This document shows positions 10,253-21,726 of a stretch of DNA of 64,000 nucleotides, one piece after another (positions within the stretch are counted from its first letter, which is position 1; the number at the start of each line of letters is the position of its first letter). Origin of the DNA: Candidatus Marinacidobacterales bacterium (GTDB lineage Bacteria; Acidobacteriota; Vicinamibacteria; Marinacidobacterales; SMYC01); assembly GCA_965237955.1 (NCBI GenBank), contig OZ250169.1, positions 4,064,001 through 4,128,000 on the forward strand. Reading direction: 5' to 3'. The notes beneath the pieces were generated by a model that was not told where the DNA came from, made no database searches, and saw nothing but the letters and a program-made list of their open reading frames with translations. The position numbers and the translations under genes were made by a program.

Positions 10253-11581
10253 CTATGGTTCCAGGAGCTGGAAGCCCGAAAAAGCGCTCTGCGCCAGCGC
10301 CAGGAACTGATCGTCCGGTGTTGCCTCACGCGCATGGCTCACGATCTCGTAGACGTAGCGGTCTCGGATGTAAACCCAGTGGAGATACTTGAGCGTATGT
10401 CCGAGGGCATCGATCCGCGCGGAGACGAGCAGCCCGTCGTAGCCGTTGTTGGTGTAGGGTTCTTGATAGAGGATCTCGTGGGCGTCCGACGTCAACTCAA
10501 GCCGCGTGCGGATGAGCGGGACGACGTCTTCTAGGGAGAGCTCCATTCCAGCCGTATCCATGCTTTCAGCAGCGATGAAGAGATACATCTCGGGGGCGCT
10601 GCGGATGTAGCCTGCGATCGCTCCGGGGTGGACGAGCTCCGCGTGCCAGGGAGCCCAGGCCATATCGGCGGGCGCGTTGAAGCTGAAATTTCCTTTTTCG
10701 AAAAACTGCGGCATACCGGGCGGCGCGGGATCTCCCGACGCGGTCAGATACGGCCGGCCCTTTTCGCCGATGAGCCGTCCCGTCGTTTCGCAACCCGTGC
10801 GAAGGGCTTGGAGCACGGCGGGCACGAGCGCATCCATTGTCGCTTTCCCGAGCGCCGACTCCCAGAACGCCGCGTAGTCCTCGAGAGCGCTGGCAGAAAT
10901 ATTGCGGTACTTGAAGAGAAGATCCTGTCGTGTGAGCTCTGTGACGAGAGCGATCTCGTCTTGAGTGAGCCCGTAGACTTCCGATTGAGCTTGCACCGCC
11001 GGCGCGTCCGGCACCGATTGGTTCAATCCCGTGAGAATCGCGTCGCGACCGAGTGCGTAGGTAGCAAAGCCCACTTCCACGGAATCGAGTGCGTGACCGA
11101 GGCGGTCGATGAGGGCTTCCCGCTCCACGGTAGGGGGTGCCATCGTCAAGCCCTCGACGAAGGTTTCTCGTTCCCATTGGGACGCCGCGTCCGCGCGGTT
11201 TTCCTCTTGGACGATGGCTTGCACCGCTGGTGTCCGAAGCCACTCGAGCCAGGCGTCCAAGTTGGACTCGTCGCTACGCGCGGCGAATCGAGACACGCAG
11301 AGCTCGAACAGCGGGTCCGGCTCGAGTCCGCGCCGAACCGAGTCGACGAGGATGTCGTAGTATCCGGGAGCGACTTGGCCATCGAGCTCTGTCATCATGG
11401 ACAGGAGTTGAGACCGAAACGACGCGAACGCCTGTCGTCCGCCGAAAAGCTCTACAGCCTCCCGCGCCTTGTCGTATGAGTCATCGGACTGCGGCTCGTT
11501 GGAGACACTGAGAGGTGACGCACCGACAAGAAGAGGGCCGGTGCCCATGCACAGAAATATGGCCAAGACCGCGGTTCTCAT
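10253..11581 (-). CDS. Exported hypothetical protein (DUF2059-like helical region plus C-terminal domain)
   Basis: Signal-peptide-like N-terminus; LEDYAAFWESALGK motif; 442-aa ORF. Confidence 0.6.
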   Translation of the reverse strand: MRTAVLAIFLCMGTGPLLVGASPLSVSNEPQSDDSYDKAREAVELFGGRQAFASFRSQLLSMMTELDGQVAPGYYDILVDSVRRGLEPDPLFELCVSRFAARSDESNLDAWLEWLRTPAVQAIVQEENRADAASQWERETFVEGLTMAPPTVEREALIDRLGHALDSVEVGFATYALGRDAILTGLNQSVPDAPAVQAQSEVYGLTQDEIALVTELTRQDLLFKYRNISASALEDYAAFWESALGKATMDALVPAVLQALRTGCETTGRLIGEKGRPYLTASGDPAPPGMPQFFEKGNFSFNAPADMAWAPWHAELVHPGAIAGYIRSAPEMYLFIAAESMDTAGMELSLEDVVPLIRTRLELTSDAHEILYQEPYTNNGYDGLLVSARIDALGHTLKYLHWVYIRDRYVYEIVSHAREATPDDQFLALAQSAFSGFQLLEP

Positions 11582-11920
11582 GGCTCTGATCCAGAACCGT
11601 AGATTGTCGTAAAGTGGTTGTTATCCAGAATGCCGGAGCTCGCCTTAGGTTGCAAGCGCTATCGGCCCGGCACCGGCCAGGGTATCCGCAATCCGCTTGG
11701 CATTCCCCGAAACCGGTAAGCGCCATGGAGTGGACGAGCTAGCGCACAACGTCCGCGTGCCGGCGAACGGGGGGACGGGTTTGAAGGGAGCGAAGCAATC
11801 AGTTCAAGCGGAACCTGCAAAGCCGCCTGGCCATTTCTTCGCGCCTTGGCGCCTTTGCGTTAAGACGAATCTCTTGCGATTCTAGTTGTAATCCAAACGA
11901 CTCACCTCCAGGAGGCTTCC

Positions 11921-14434
11921 ATGCCCCAGACGTTCAACGGTATCGGAACGTGGTATTACGGCAAGAAGAACAAGCACGTTCGTGACGATACGTGCGAGCA
12001 TTGCGGTAACTACACCGAGCTCACGTCCTACGACACCAGGAACTTCGTCGTGCTCGTCTACATTCCGATCATTCCGCTCGGTCGTTTCCGCGTCGTCGAT
12101 GAGTGCGGTTCCTGCACCAAGCACTACGCGGTCCCGCTCGCGGAGTGGAACGAGCAGAAGAAGGACGCCGTCAGTGAAGCGGTCAGCGCGCTGGAACGCG
12201 ATCCGTGGAACAGCGAAAACGCGATGGAGTTCGTCCGAACATGTGCCGGCTACCACGCCCGCGAGAGCCTCGCGCGTCACGAATCCGGCATCGATCAAGC
12301 TCTATCCAACGACGCCTCGGGCATGGCGTTTCTCGGCTCGGCCTACGAATATTTCAAGGAACCAGAAAAGGCGGAGGGAGCCTACCGCAAGTCACTCATG
12401 CTCAAGGACGATCCAGGCGTCCGCCACTCATTGGGCATCCTTCTTATCAACCGACGCCGTCCCGCCGAAGCGAAGGAGTTCGTATGGCATCTCCTGACAC
12501 CCTCCGATGACGACGACTTCACCACACTCTACTTCCTCGTCGAGGCGTACCAGGCACAGGGGATGCACCGCGAAGCGAGTGAGGTTCTTGATGCAATGTC
12601 GCAAAACGTGGGAGGTCTCGAGAACGACGAGATATTTCAAAAGTATCGCAAGCGCGTTTCGAAGCGCGCTGGAAGCACGAGATCGCTCGCGTCCCCGCTC
12701 ATGAAGGGAAAACCGTTGGGGTACGACAACTCGCGTACGGTTTTGACGAGCGCTGCCGTGATCGTCGCCGTCGTTAGCGTCACCGGCTTCTTCCTCTTCC
12801 AAAAAACGCAACGAGTAGACGTCTACCTCGTCAACGGCCTCGACCGGGCATACAACGTACGCATTTCGGGAGAGACAAACCACCTCGCGCCGCTCGCCAC
12901 CATCGAAATCACCATCCCGCGGCGCGCCGAGCTCCTTGCCGAAGTCTCGGAGCAAGAAATCGGCTGGCCCGCAACCGTGAACCTCTCGATGGCGACGAAC
13001 TTCTGGAGCTCGCTTTTCGAGCGAAGAACGTACGTCGTCAATCCGGACCGGACCGCCGTCATCATGTGGGAACAGACGGAGTACCGCGTCAACCCAACCG
13101 ACGGCGAGAACCCCACGCGGGTGCACCTCGGGCGGGGACTGCATTCGTTCGACAACCTAGACTACGTGTTCGAGGAGTTTCCCGACGAGATCACGCTCGA
13201 CTCGGCCCAGTCGACGGAGCGACGCGACCGCATTTGGAGGATTTTCGATTTGGAGCCGACCGACGCCTATTCTGCGGCCCTCGAGCTCGGTATCCGCACC
13301 GACGGGGTCGCGTACCTCATCGCTCGGCTTCGAGCCAACCCGGGCGATGAGGCGACATTACCCCTCGCCGCGAGCGTCGTGCCCGCCAAAGAGTTTGCCG
13401 AGCTCGCTCGACCGCAGCTGGACGCGCGCCCGCTCGAGATGGAGTGGCACCGCATGTACCAAACGGCGTTGGAAGCGGCGGGGCGCGGCGGTGAGCTCGT
13501 GAACGACTACCGTGGCTTGCTGGACGCGGAGCCGGACAACGCCGACCTCCTGTATCTTCTCGCGCGCGTGACCCCCGATCCGGACGTGGCAGAACGATTG
13601 ATGCGCGCCTCGGCGGAGAGCGATCCGCCGAGCGCCTACGGCGTCCACGGTCTCGCGTACCAGCGCGTCACCGACGCTAGGTTCGAGGAGGCTTTGAAGC
13701 TCGCGCGACGTGCCCAAGACCTCGAGCCCGACAACACTCTGTTTTCCTATGCGGAGAACGAAGCTTTGCTGGCGCTTCGTCGCTTCGACGTGTTGATTGA
13801 AGAGACCGACCGGGCTCTCGAAGAGAGCCCCCACGACGGGAACAGCGTGGCTCAGGCCGTTCGACTCCACGTCGCGGCAGGCGAAAGACAACGCGCCCAG
13901 GAGATCATCGACGCGTTCGTCCAGCTACTGAAAGAAACAGAAGAAGATGCGGAATCGTGGCGAACCTACCTCGACTCGCTGTACCACCTCGGTTCCGGCA
14001 ATTGGAAGGCCTATCAGGAGAGCATGAGCTCGATCGAGGAGCCACGCTGGCAGTATCAAGCCGCTGTCGCGAACGGTGACATTGTAGCTGCTCTCGACGC
14101 GCTAGAAGCCGCGGAAAGCACGGCTTACGACCGCCTCATCGTCTACATCGCCGCGCGCCGTGCGGGCGAGCCCAACTTAGCTGAAGTGGAGCTCCAAACT
14201 GCGATCGCCGCCTTGTCCGAAGGCACGATGGACGAGAGGATTCTCGCGCGCTGCCTCGACGGCGATGCACCGCGGGACATCACGCTGAAGCTAGGATTTC
14301 AGCCAGACGCGAAAGCGATCGCGCTGGCCGCGCTCGCCGTACAATCAGGTGATGCGCGGCTGCGACAGCTAGGTAGAAAGCTCAACTACCAGCTAACATT
14401 CGAGCGCTACTACCTGGTTCGCGTTGTTTACTAG
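11921..14434 (+). CDS. Zinc-ribbon + TPR membrane protein
   Basis: SD AGGAGG; CEHC..CGSC; TPR repeats on both sides of one TM helix ([17 protein letters not shown]). Confidence 0.75.
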   Translation: MPQTFNGIGTWYYGKKNKHVRDDTCEHCGNYTELTSYDTRNFVVLVYIPIIPLGRFRVVDECGSCTKHYAVPLAEWNEQKKDAVSEAVSALERDPWNSENAMEFVRTCAGYHARESLARHESGIDQALSNDASGMAFLGSAYEYFKEPEKAEGAYRKSLMLKDDPGVRHSLGILLINRRRPAEAKEFVWHLLTPSDDDDFTTLYFLVEAYQAQGMHREASEVLDAMSQNVGGLENDEIFQKYRKRVSKRAGSTRSLASPLMKGKPLGYDNSRTVLTSAAVIVAVVSVTGFFLFQKTQRVDVYLVNGLDRAYNVRISGETNHLAPLATIEITIPRRAELLAEVSEQEIGWPATVNLSMATNFWSSLFERRTYVVNPDRTAVIMWEQTEYRVNPTDGENPTRVHLGRGLHSFDNLDYVFEEFPDEITLDSAQSTERRDRIWRIFDLEPTDAYSAALELGIRTDGVAYLIARLRANPGDEATLPLAASVVPAKEFAELARPQLDARPLEMEWHRMYQTALEAAGRGGELVNDYRGLLDAEPDNADLLYLLARVTPDPDVAERLMRASAESDPPSAYGVHGLAYQRVTDARFEEALKLARRAQDLEPDNTLFSYAENEALLALRRFDVLIEETDRALEESPHDGNSVAQAVRLHVAAGERQRAQEIIDAFVQLLKETEEDAESWRTYLDSLYHLGSGNWKAYQESMSSIEEPRWQYQAAVANGDIVAALDALEAAESTAYDRLIVYIAARRAGEPNLAEVELQTAIAALSEGTMDERILARCLDGDAPRDITLKLGFQPDAKAIALAALAVQSGDARLRQLGRKLNYQLTFERYYLVRVVY

Positions 14435-15678
14435 GTCACCTTGCGCAGCTCGTCGGCGAGGATCGTGATCCCTCGGCGAACGGTCTCGTCGTCCTGCGAG
14501 TAGTTCAGCCGAATGCACTCGTGCTTGTGCTGCCAGTCTTCCTCGAGTCCAGGGAAGAAGTAGTCTCCGGGAACGACCAGAACACCTCGCTCCTTGAGCC
14601 GTTGATACAGCTCTTTCGACGTGATCGGCAAACCCTCGAACCAAAGCCAGAAAAAGAACGTCCCTTCGGGTTTGTGGACGCGATAGGAGAGACCTTCCAA
14701 GTCTTGGCGGATCCGCTCGAGCGCCTGCTCGCACTTGTTTTCGTAGAACGGCCGAATAATGTCGCGACTCACTCGCAAGACTTCCCCGCTCCGGATCATG
14801 TCTCGGGTCAGCGCGGCCCCGAAGCTTCCCGGCGCAAGGCTCACGATCGCGTTGAGCGCAGAGACCGCCGACACGATTTCCTGGTTGGCAATGACGATAC
14901 CGGTTCGAACACCCGGTAAGCCGAGCTTCGAAAGGCTCATCGTCAGAATGATGTTCTCGTTCCAGATCGGCTCGATGTCCATGAAAACGATGTTCGGAAA
15001 CGGGGTCCCATAGGCGTTATCGATAATCAAGGGAACGCCGTTCTCCTTCGCCATCGCGTCGAGGCGTAGGAGCTCGTCCTCGGTGAGCACGTTCGAGGTC
15101 GGGTTGGTCGGGCGCGAGACGCAGACGGCCGCGATGTCGTCGCTTATCTCGACGGCGTTGAAGTCCACGTAGTATTTGAACAGATCGTCGCCGATGAGCT
15201 CGATCTCGGGCCGCCGCGACACGAAGAAGTCGTGCTCGATGCCGACGTCGGCGTAGCCGATGTACTCGGGTGTGATCGGCAAGAGTATCTTCTTGTGCAC
15301 GCCGTTCGGGGACGCGCCGCCAAGGAGGTTGAACAAGAAAAAAAACGACGTCTGGCTTCCGTTCGTGAGCGCGATGTTCTCGGGACCGATTTCCCACCCG
15401 TAGTGTTGTCGCAAAAGTGCGGCCGTCGCGTCGATGAGCTCACGGTTTCCCTTGGGCGAGTCGTAGCTTCCGATGAGGTTTTCGAGCTCGGACGCGTTCG
15501 TCATCATCACGTTCATGCGAGCGCGGAACTTCGCTTCGACTTCGGGAATACGCGCGGGGTTGCCACCCCCGAGCATGAGCCAGTTATCGTCGGCGGCGAG
15601 AGCCTCACCGAGGTCATCCATCAATTGAAGGATGCCGGACTCTTCGGTGAACTTGATGCCGAACTTGGAAAAGTGCAC
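14431..15678 (-). CDS. avtA: Valine-pyruvate aminotransferase
   Basis: [57 protein letters not shown]. Confidence 0.9.
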   Translation of the reverse strand: MHFSKFGIKFTEESGILQLMDDLGEALAADDNWLMLGGGNPARIPEVEAKFRARMNVMMTNASELENLIGSYDSPKGNRELIDATAALLRQHYGWEIGPENIALTNGSQTSFFFLFNLLGGASPNGVHKKILLPITPEYIGYADVGIEHDFFVSRRPEIELIGDDLFKYYVDFNAVEISDDIAAVCVSRPTNPTSNVLTEDELLRLDAMAKENGVPLIIDNAYGTPFPNIVFMDIEPIWNENIILTMSLSKLGLPGVRTGIVIANQEIVSAVSALNAIVSLAPGSFGAALTRDMIRSGEVLRVSRDIIRPFYENKCEQALERIRQDLEGLSYRVHKPEGTFFFWLWFEGLPITSKELYQRLKERGVLVVPGDYFFPGLEEDWQHKHECIRLNYSQDDETVRRGITILADELRKVT

Positions 15679-15683
15679 TACCG

Positions 15684-16157
15684 CTAGCTGGAGGAAACTC
15701 TACACCGGAGACTGCCGTCCTCCGAAGCCTGGAAGCCCCGTTTTTCGAGCCATGCTGTCGCACGGGCGGCGTCGGGATGGGTTGTCCTCACCACGTTGTA
15801 GAGGTAATTGACGCCATGTCCGCGCGCTTCTTTCTCGAGCGCACCGAGAATGAACGTGCCCACGCCGCGGCCTCGAGACTCGGGCGCGGTTGCCAAGAGT
15901 ATCTCCGCATCGCCCCAAACGATATCGAGCCATCCATAGCCGACCACGTCGCCGTTGTCTTCGGCGCGCCACCACTCGCCAGGCACGATATCTCCGATGG
16001 CGAGCTCGTCATAACGGCGATCGAAGATACCGGCCGGTGCGTCACCTATTATGCGTTTCTTACCGGGATCCCAGCTCGTCGTCCCTTCTTTGATCCAATC
16101 CATTTCTAATTTCGATCCGTTTGACCTTGGTCCATCTTCGGCATGCTCGGCGGGCAT
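15684..16157 (-). CDS. GNAT-family N-acetyltransferase
   Basis: [10 protein letters not shown] acetyl-CoA motif A; WLEKRGF. Start uncertain. Confidence 0.8.
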   Translation of the reverse strand: MPAEHAEDGPRSNGSKLEMDWIKEGTTSWDPGKKRIIGDAPAGIFDRRYDELAIGDIVPGEWWRAEDNGDVVGYGWLDIVWGDAEILLATAPESRGRGVGTFILGALEKEARGHGVNYLYNVVRTTHPDAARATAWLEKRGFQASEDGSLRCRVSSS

Positions 16158-16316
16158 GGAGCTCAAGCACGAGCGCCATCAATCCGGCAATCATCCGCGT
16201 TCGCATCGGGCCAAAGCGTAACACGGGCCGACAGGATGTAGGAGTTCCCCTACGGGCACGGCAAGACGCCAAGAATGAACCTTCTATTTTGCAACGCGTT
16301 ACGCGGGCATGCGCGG

Positions 16317-16331
16317 TGGCACGAAGATTGA
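16317..16331 (+). promoter_or_regulatory. Putative sigma54 promoter
   Basis: TGGCAC-GAAGA-TTGA: perfect -24 element, one mismatch at -12. Confidence 0.45.
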
Positions 16332-16352
16332 ATTCAAATCGTGTTTCGAACG

Positions 16353-17891
16353 ATGGAACAAGTAGCCGAACAAGCTGGACAGGCCCGACAATGGCCCGCC
16401 AACGCCCCCATGGCCAACGTGGGCTCGCTCGCGCGGGTCGCCCTGCCCGAGATCCTCAAGCGCATCGCGTTGAACGAGCTGTCCGGATCGCTCGAAGCGA
16501 GCTCGGGAAAGACCGCCCGCACCATCTATTTCGATCGCGGCTTCGTGGTTTTTACGGCGAGCACGTCGAAGCAAGACCGCCTCGGTCAGTGTCTTCTAGA
16601 GGCGGGCAGGGTCACGGAGCACGAGCTCGAGCTGGCCGCGCGTCTGATGAGCTCACGCAGCCGCCGCATCGGCCAGGCGATCGTTGCCGCCGGACTACTC
16701 ACCGAAGAAGAGCTCGGTCGTGAGCTCGCCTGCCAGGCTCGCCGGATAGCGACAGCGATCTACGCGCTGAAGAAGGGCATGTACCGGTTCGAACAGCAGG
16801 AGTGTCCGATCCCGATGGAGCTTCGCCTCAGCCTGTCGATGTATCGATTGCAGCTCGAGGGCATTCGCAAGATGAAGAACGGAAAACTCGTCGTCGAGTC
16901 CCTGCCGCCTCTTCAAGAAGTCGTGCGAATGTCGCAGTGTCCACCGTTCAGCTTCGAAGACGTGCACTTCATGCCCATCGAGCTCCTCGTCATGGAAGCT
17001 GCGCAAAAAGAGCGTGAGCTCCGGGCAATCGTCAGGCGTGTCGGCCGCGGACCGGATGAAGTGCTGCGCGCGGCCTACGGGCTGTTGAGCGCCGGAATTC
17101 TCGAGCGCGTGGATCCCGACGAGCCGGAAGTTCCACTGAAGGTCCAAGAAGAGACGGGCACGTTTTTGCTCTCCACACTCGACGACGACGACCACGCGGA
17201 AGCCGAGAACGTCCGCCAGGAAGTGCTTCTCGAGTACGAAAGCTCGGAGCACGCTGCCGCGGAGAAGCTACTGGACGTCGAGGAGGGCGCGTCGGAAGAG
17301 GCAGTTCGCCGCGCCTTTGCCGACAAGCAAGCGCAGTGGGACGAAAAGCAGAAAGAGCTCGACAACGAAAGCACGCTTTGCGTGAAAGTCGAAGAGATCA
17401 AACGTCGGCTCGAGCGTGCTAAGGCCGCGATGCTCGAAGCCGAGGCGACCCAAGCGTCGCCCGAGCCGAAAAAGACGAAACCGGCAGGCAACAAGGACGA
17501 AGTCAAACGGCTGATGCGCGAGATCAAGCTGCGCAAAATGGTGAACGATGACGAAGGCGTGATCTCGCTTCTGTACGAGGTGGTGCAGCTCGAGTCCGAA
17601 AACGCGAAGTACGAGGCGCTCCTCGCGCAAGCGCTCGCGTCACACGACGTGATGAAGAAAAAAGCCGAACGCCACTTTCGTCGCGCCGTCTCTCTCGATC
17701 CGCAAAACGCGGTGCTTCACTACTACCTCGGGCGCTACTGCCAATCCTTCGACTTGAACGCGCGGGCGCTCGCAGAGTTCAAGACCGCGCTTCGCATCGA
17801 CCCCAAACACGCCAAAGCGCGAAGCGCGCTCGTCGAGCTCAAAGGCGACGACACCTCCCTCCAGGATCGCCTCAAGGGATTCTTTTCCTGA
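16353..17891 (+). CDS. DUF4388 (PATAN-like) + degenerate J-like region + TPR protein
   Basis: GSLARVALPEILKRI..SGSL..IYFDRG, DRLGQCLL, LLDVEEGASEEAVRRAF lacking HPD, C-terminal TPRs. Start 16353 or 16410. Confidence 0.75.
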   Translation: MEQVAEQAGQARQWPANAPMANVGSLARVALPEILKRIALNELSGSLEASSGKTARTIYFDRGFVVFTASTSKQDRLGQCLLEAGRVTEHELELAARLMSSRSRRIGQAIVAAGLLTEEELGRELACQARRIATAIYALKKGMYRFEQQECPIPMELRLSLSMYRLQLEGIRKMKNGKLVVESLPPLQEVVRMSQCPPFSFEDVHFMPIELLVMEAAQKERELRAIVRRVGRGPDEVLRAAYGLLSAGILERVDPDEPEVPLKVQEETGTFLLSTLDDDDHAEAENVRQEVLLEYESSEHAAAEKLLDVEEGASEEAVRRAFADKQAQWDEKQKELDNESTLCVKVEEIKRRLERAKAAMLEAEATQASPEPKKTKPAGNKDEVKRLMREIKLRKMVNDDEGVISLLYEVVQLESENAKYEALLAQALASHDVMKKKAERHFRRAVSLDPQNAVLHYYLGRYCQSFDLNARALAEFKTALRIDPKHAKARSALVELKGDDTSLQDRLKGFFS

Positions 17892-17894
17892 ACG

Positions 17895-18140
17895 CTACGC
17901 CCTCTTGACGTACGACAACAAATAGAGGAGCACGATCGCTCCTACGGTCGCGGTCAGGAGCGAGCCCATCGTGCCGCTTGCGGACAGGCCGAGCACGCCG
18001 AACATGAGTCCGCCGAGAATCGCGCCCACGACGCCCACAACCATGTTGCCGATGAGGCCGAAGCCCTTGCCCTTCATGATCTGGCCGGCCAGCCAGCCGG
18101 CGACGAGCCCAATGGCGAGAAATCCAATCAGTCTTTCCAC
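17895..18140 (-). CDS. GlsB/YeaQ/YmgE-family membrane protein
   Basis: IGLVAGWLAGQIMKGKGFGLIGNMVVGVVGAILGG; SD GAGGAGG before GTG. Confidence 0.9.
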   Translation of the reverse strand: MERLIGFLAIGLVAGWLAGQIMKGKGFGLIGNMVVGVVGAILGGLMFGVLGLSASGTMGSLLTATVGAIVLLYLLSYVKRA

Positions 18141-18193
18141 GCGGCACCTCCTCGTGTTGTCCAGTATCGAACGCAATATTACTATCAGGGGCC

Positions 18194-20518
18194 ATGAAAT
18201 GGGTGACCCGAGTGGGATTGTTCCTCGTTCTCGCGTTTGCCGTCGTCGGGGCTTGGATTTACTACCTTGTGAGGGCGAGCCTTCCTGATATCGACGGCGA
18301 CGTGGAGCTCGAGGGACTGTCAGCACCGGTGAGTGTCGTGCGCGACAAAAACGGCGTGGCGACCTTGCAAGCGGAGGATCGATTGGACTCGAGTCGTGCC
18401 CTGGGATTCGTGCACGCGCAAGAGCGTTTCTTCCAAATGGATCTCATGCGGCGCCGCGCCGCGGGAGAGCTCGCGGAGCTCGTAGGAGCCGGCGCGCTCC
18501 CTCTCGATCGAAAACACCGCATCCACCGCATGCGAGCGCGCGCAGATTTTAGTGTGGCCGGGTTGAGCGCGCCTGAGCGCGCACTCTTGGACGCGTACAC
18601 CGAAGGCGTCAACGCGGGTCTCGCCGCGCTCGGAGCTTCACCGTTCGAGTACCTGTTGCTTCGACAAGAGCCACGTCCGTGGGTCGTCGAAGACAGCGTC
18701 CTCGTGGTCGCGTCGATGTTCTTCGAGCTCAACGACGCCGAGGGACATTACGAATCGACTCTCGGCTTGATCCACGACGTGCTCCCGCCCGAGCTCGCGG
18801 AGTTCTTGTCGCCGCTCGGAACTGATTGGGACGCGCCCGTCGAAGGCGAGATCTTCGCAACACCGCCTGTTCCTCTTTTCCCGGGGCCCGCCGTCGTACC
18901 CGCCAAACCCGTTTCACTGAGTGACGCTCGTGTCGAGACATTGAGTGGCGGGACCCTCGGGAGCAACAACTGGGCCGTCGCGGGCACACGCACGACGCAC
19001 GGCGGAGCGCTACTCGCGAGCGACATGCATCTCGGTCATGCCGTACCCAACATTTGGTACCGCGCGGTGTTGAGCACTGGCGCGAACACCGCCGTCGGCG
19101 TCACCCTGCCGGGTACACCTTTTCTCGTAGCCGGCAGCAATACGCATGTCGCTTGGGGCTTTACCAACGCGAACGGGGACTGGAGCGACCTCGTCGAGAT
19201 CGAAAAGCACCCTGAGAGGGTCGACACCTATCGAACGACCGAAGGCTGGGCGGCCTTCGATGTGCACGAAGAAACCATTCACGTCGCGGGCGGAGAGCCC
19301 GAAGCTTTCACGGTACGAGAAACCATCTGGGGACCTATCGTCGACGAAGACCACGAAGGCACGCCGCGCGCCGCGCGCTGGATCGCGCACGACGTCGGCG
19401 GCATCAACTTGAACCTCAGCAAGCTCGAGACGGCGGCAACGCTCGACGAGGCGCTCGCCATCGCTCAGGAGAGCGGATTACCACCGCAGAATTTCGTCTG
19501 CGTCGATGCCTCGGGCGCGATCGCGTGGACGATCGCGGGGCGCATTCCTCGACGATTCGGTTTCGACGGACGACTGCCGTCGTCCTGGGCGGATGGAACA
19601 CGCGGCTGGGACGGCTGGCTCGACGCCGAGGACTACCCCGTCATCCGCAATCCCGAAGCCGGCGTCATCTGGACCGCGAACGCGCGGGTGGTCGGAGGCG
19701 AGAAACTCGAGAAGCTCGGCGACGGCGGCTACGATCTCGGAGCGCGAGCGCGTCAGATCAGAGACGATCTACTCGCGCTACAAGAAGCGAGCGAGCGCGA
19801 CATGCTGGACGTGCAGCTCGACGACCGCGCGTTGTTCATGGGCACGTGGCGCGAATTTTTTCTCGAGACGATCAAAGACGAAGGATTACGAAGCGTCATC
19901 GAAGACGAGTGGACCGGGCGAGCCTCCACGGACTCCGTCGGCTACCGCGTTGTCCGCGAGCTGAGGCTCGCTGTCTACGAAGCAGTTCTATCGACGATCA
20001 CGGCGGACGCGCGCGCGGCAGACGCGCGTTTCAACATCTGGGCACAACGCCAATGGGAAGGGCCGGTGTGGAAGCTGGTGTCCGAGAAACCAGAGCATCT
20101 GGTGCCGCGGCGGCATGAAAACTGGGACGCATGGATAAACGACATCGTGGCGCGCACGGTCGCGGAGTGGGATGAACCATTAGAGGCGCGCACATGGGGA
20201 GCCACGAGAATGTCGGACATCCGCCACCCCTTGAGCGGAGCGGTACCGTTTCTTGCCCGCTGGCTCGACATGCCGTCGCGACCGCTCCCCGGCGACAGCC
20301 ACATGCCCCGCGTGCAAAGCCCGACCCACGGCGCATCGGAGCGACTCGTGGTGTCGCCGGGCCGTGAAGACGAAGGGCTATTCCACATGCCCGGCGGCCA
20401 GAGCGGCCACCCGCTCTCCCCCTACTACGGCGCTGGCCACGAAGACTGGGAGGAGGGCCGCCCAACGCCGCTCCTGCCAGGACCCACGGTCTACACGTTG
20501 ACACTCCACTCGAGTTAG
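18194..20518 (+). CDS. Penicillin acylase family (Ntn hydrolase)
   Basis: GFVHAQERFFQMDL, GSNNW nucleophile, DMHL, PQN, PGGQSGHPLSPYY. Confidence 0.92.
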   Translation: MKWVTRVGLFLVLAFAVVGAWIYYLVRASLPDIDGDVELEGLSAPVSVVRDKNGVATLQAEDRLDSSRALGFVHAQERFFQMDLMRRRAAGELAELVGAGALPLDRKHRIHRMRARADFSVAGLSAPERALLDAYTEGVNAGLAALGASPFEYLLLRQEPRPWVVEDSVLVVASMFFELNDAEGHYESTLGLIHDVLPPELAEFLSPLGTDWDAPVEGEIFATPPVPLFPGPAVVPAKPVSLSDARVETLSGGTLGSNNWAVAGTRTTHGGALLASDMHLGHAVPNIWYRAVLSTGANTAVGVTLPGTPFLVAGSNTHVAWGFTNANGDWSDLVEIEKHPERVDTYRTTEGWAAFDVHEETIHVAGGEPEAFTVRETIWGPIVDEDHEGTPRAARWIAHDVGGINLNLSKLETAATLDEALAIAQESGLPPQNFVCVDASGAIAWTIAGRIPRRFGFDGRLPSSWADGTRGWDGWLDAEDYPVIRNPEAGVIWTANARVVGGEKLEKLGDGGYDLGARARQIRDDLLALQEASERDMLDVQLDDRALFMGTWREFFLETIKDEGLRSVIEDEWTGRASTDSVGYRVVRELRLAVYEAVLSTITADARAADARFNIWAQRQWEGPVWKLVSEKPEHLVPRRHENWDAWINDIVARTVAEWDEPLEARTWGATRMSDIRHPLSGAVPFLARWLDMPSRPLPGDSHMPRVQSPTHGASERLVVSPGREDEGLFHMPGGQSGHPLSPYYGAGHEDWEEGRPTPLLPGPTVYTLTLHSS

Positions 20519-20520
20519 AC

Positions 20521-20594
20521 CTCTCCATCCCACCTTTGCCAATTGACTCGACAATCTCGTAGTGGGCGAGACGTCGCCCTGATTGGAGAGACAC
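20521..20594 (-). pseudogene. Ser/Thr kinase N-terminal stub
   Basis: VSLQSGRRLAHYEIVESIGKGGM, cut off at the acylase stop. Confidence 0.7.
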
Positions 20595-20665
20595 GACGGC
20601 TTGATGGTAAGCCGAGGCGCAATCGTGAGCCACCGCGGACGGTGGATAGCGGATAGCGGACGGCG

Positions 20666-21649
20666 CTAGGCCGTCCCTAGCTTCTTACGTCCCTGTTGAT
20701 GGCGGCGCTCGAGCTCGCCATTCCACGGTGCGATCGCGAGAGTCACGTCGCCGTGGCACTGCGATTGGCATGAGAGGCGAATCAGTGGATGCTTGTCGTT
20801 CTCGTCATTGATGGTGTCGTAGCCAAAGTAGGCCAGACGCTCACGCTCGTAGTCCGAGATCTCCGACAACTTCTCGCGTCCTTCGAGGAGACCCACCCAG
20901 CAGTAACCACACGACCCAACACGACACTCGACCGGCACGGGTCCAGCGATGCGTCGGTAATCGAGGCTGCGAAAGTCCCCTTCCACGGCGTCGCCGGCCA
21001 TAGCGATGTCCTGGCCGGTGATGGCTCGAAACGTTCCGTTCTTCGTGCGCTCGTTCCAGCGCACATCCCAGCGGCGGTTGAGGCCCTTCAAGAACGTCAG
21101 CAGACCATCGCGGCTCTCGCGCTTTCGTCTCGCGATCACCCGCTCGGGATTCTTGAGAAGGAGCTCCCCTTCGGCCGGCTTGTCCAACGTCTTCTCGAAC
21201 GCCTCTTGGCCGAGTTGACGAAGCGTCATGAGACCGATGGCGGTGATGCCGAGCACGAGGCCGACGTCGACCTTTTCCGTCTCGGCGACCGCGTTCGCGA
21301 TCGTGCGAATCGTCTCGGCCAGAGTCGAGTTGCCCCCGTCATGGCCCAACACCGCTTTTTTGACGGGCGCCCAATAGTGCGCGCCGTACAGGAAGGCAAC
21401 AGCGGAGTCGATTTGATCCTCGAGTCGCCACTCACCCTCGAGATCCATGGCCCGGGCCATCTCGTCGGCGCCTTCCGGTGACTCGAGCGCTTCTTTCAGC
21501 TCGAGCGGCCAAAACGCGAACCAGATTCGGGTCGCATCGCGATCGACGGAGTGCATGGAAGGGCCGAGCTCATCGAGCGCGTCGAGCCACGCCCTCTGAG
21601 ATTGCCCCTCGAGAAACCCAAGGAGTTGACTTTGTTCTAGAACGGCCAT
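20666..21649 (-). CDS. Protein with C-terminal 2Fe-2S ferredoxin-type domain
   Basis: CRVGSCGYC..RLSCQ; N-terminal ~190 aa not recognised. Confidence 0.8.
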   Translation of the reverse strand: MAVLEQSQLLGFLEGQSQRAWLDALDELGPSMHSVDRDATRIWFAFWPLELKEALESPEGADEMARAMDLEGEWRLEDQIDSAVAFLYGAHYWAPVKKAVLGHDGGNSTLAETIRTIANAVAETEKVDVGLVLGITAIGLMTLRQLGQEAFEKTLDKPAEGELLLKNPERVIARRKRESRDGLLTFLKGLNRRWDVRWNERTKNGTFRAITGQDIAMAGDAVEGDFRSLDYRRIAGPVPVECRVGSCGYCWVGLLEGREKLSEISDYERERLAYFGYDTINDENDKHPLIRLSCQSQCHGDVTLAIAPWNGELERRHQQGRKKLGTA

Positions 21650-21726
21650 GATCGCTCCTCTTACGCGAGCTCCTATCCTAGCACGAGCTTTTGCCTCGCT
21701 CCTGAGCGCTGTGCTAACGTGCGCTC

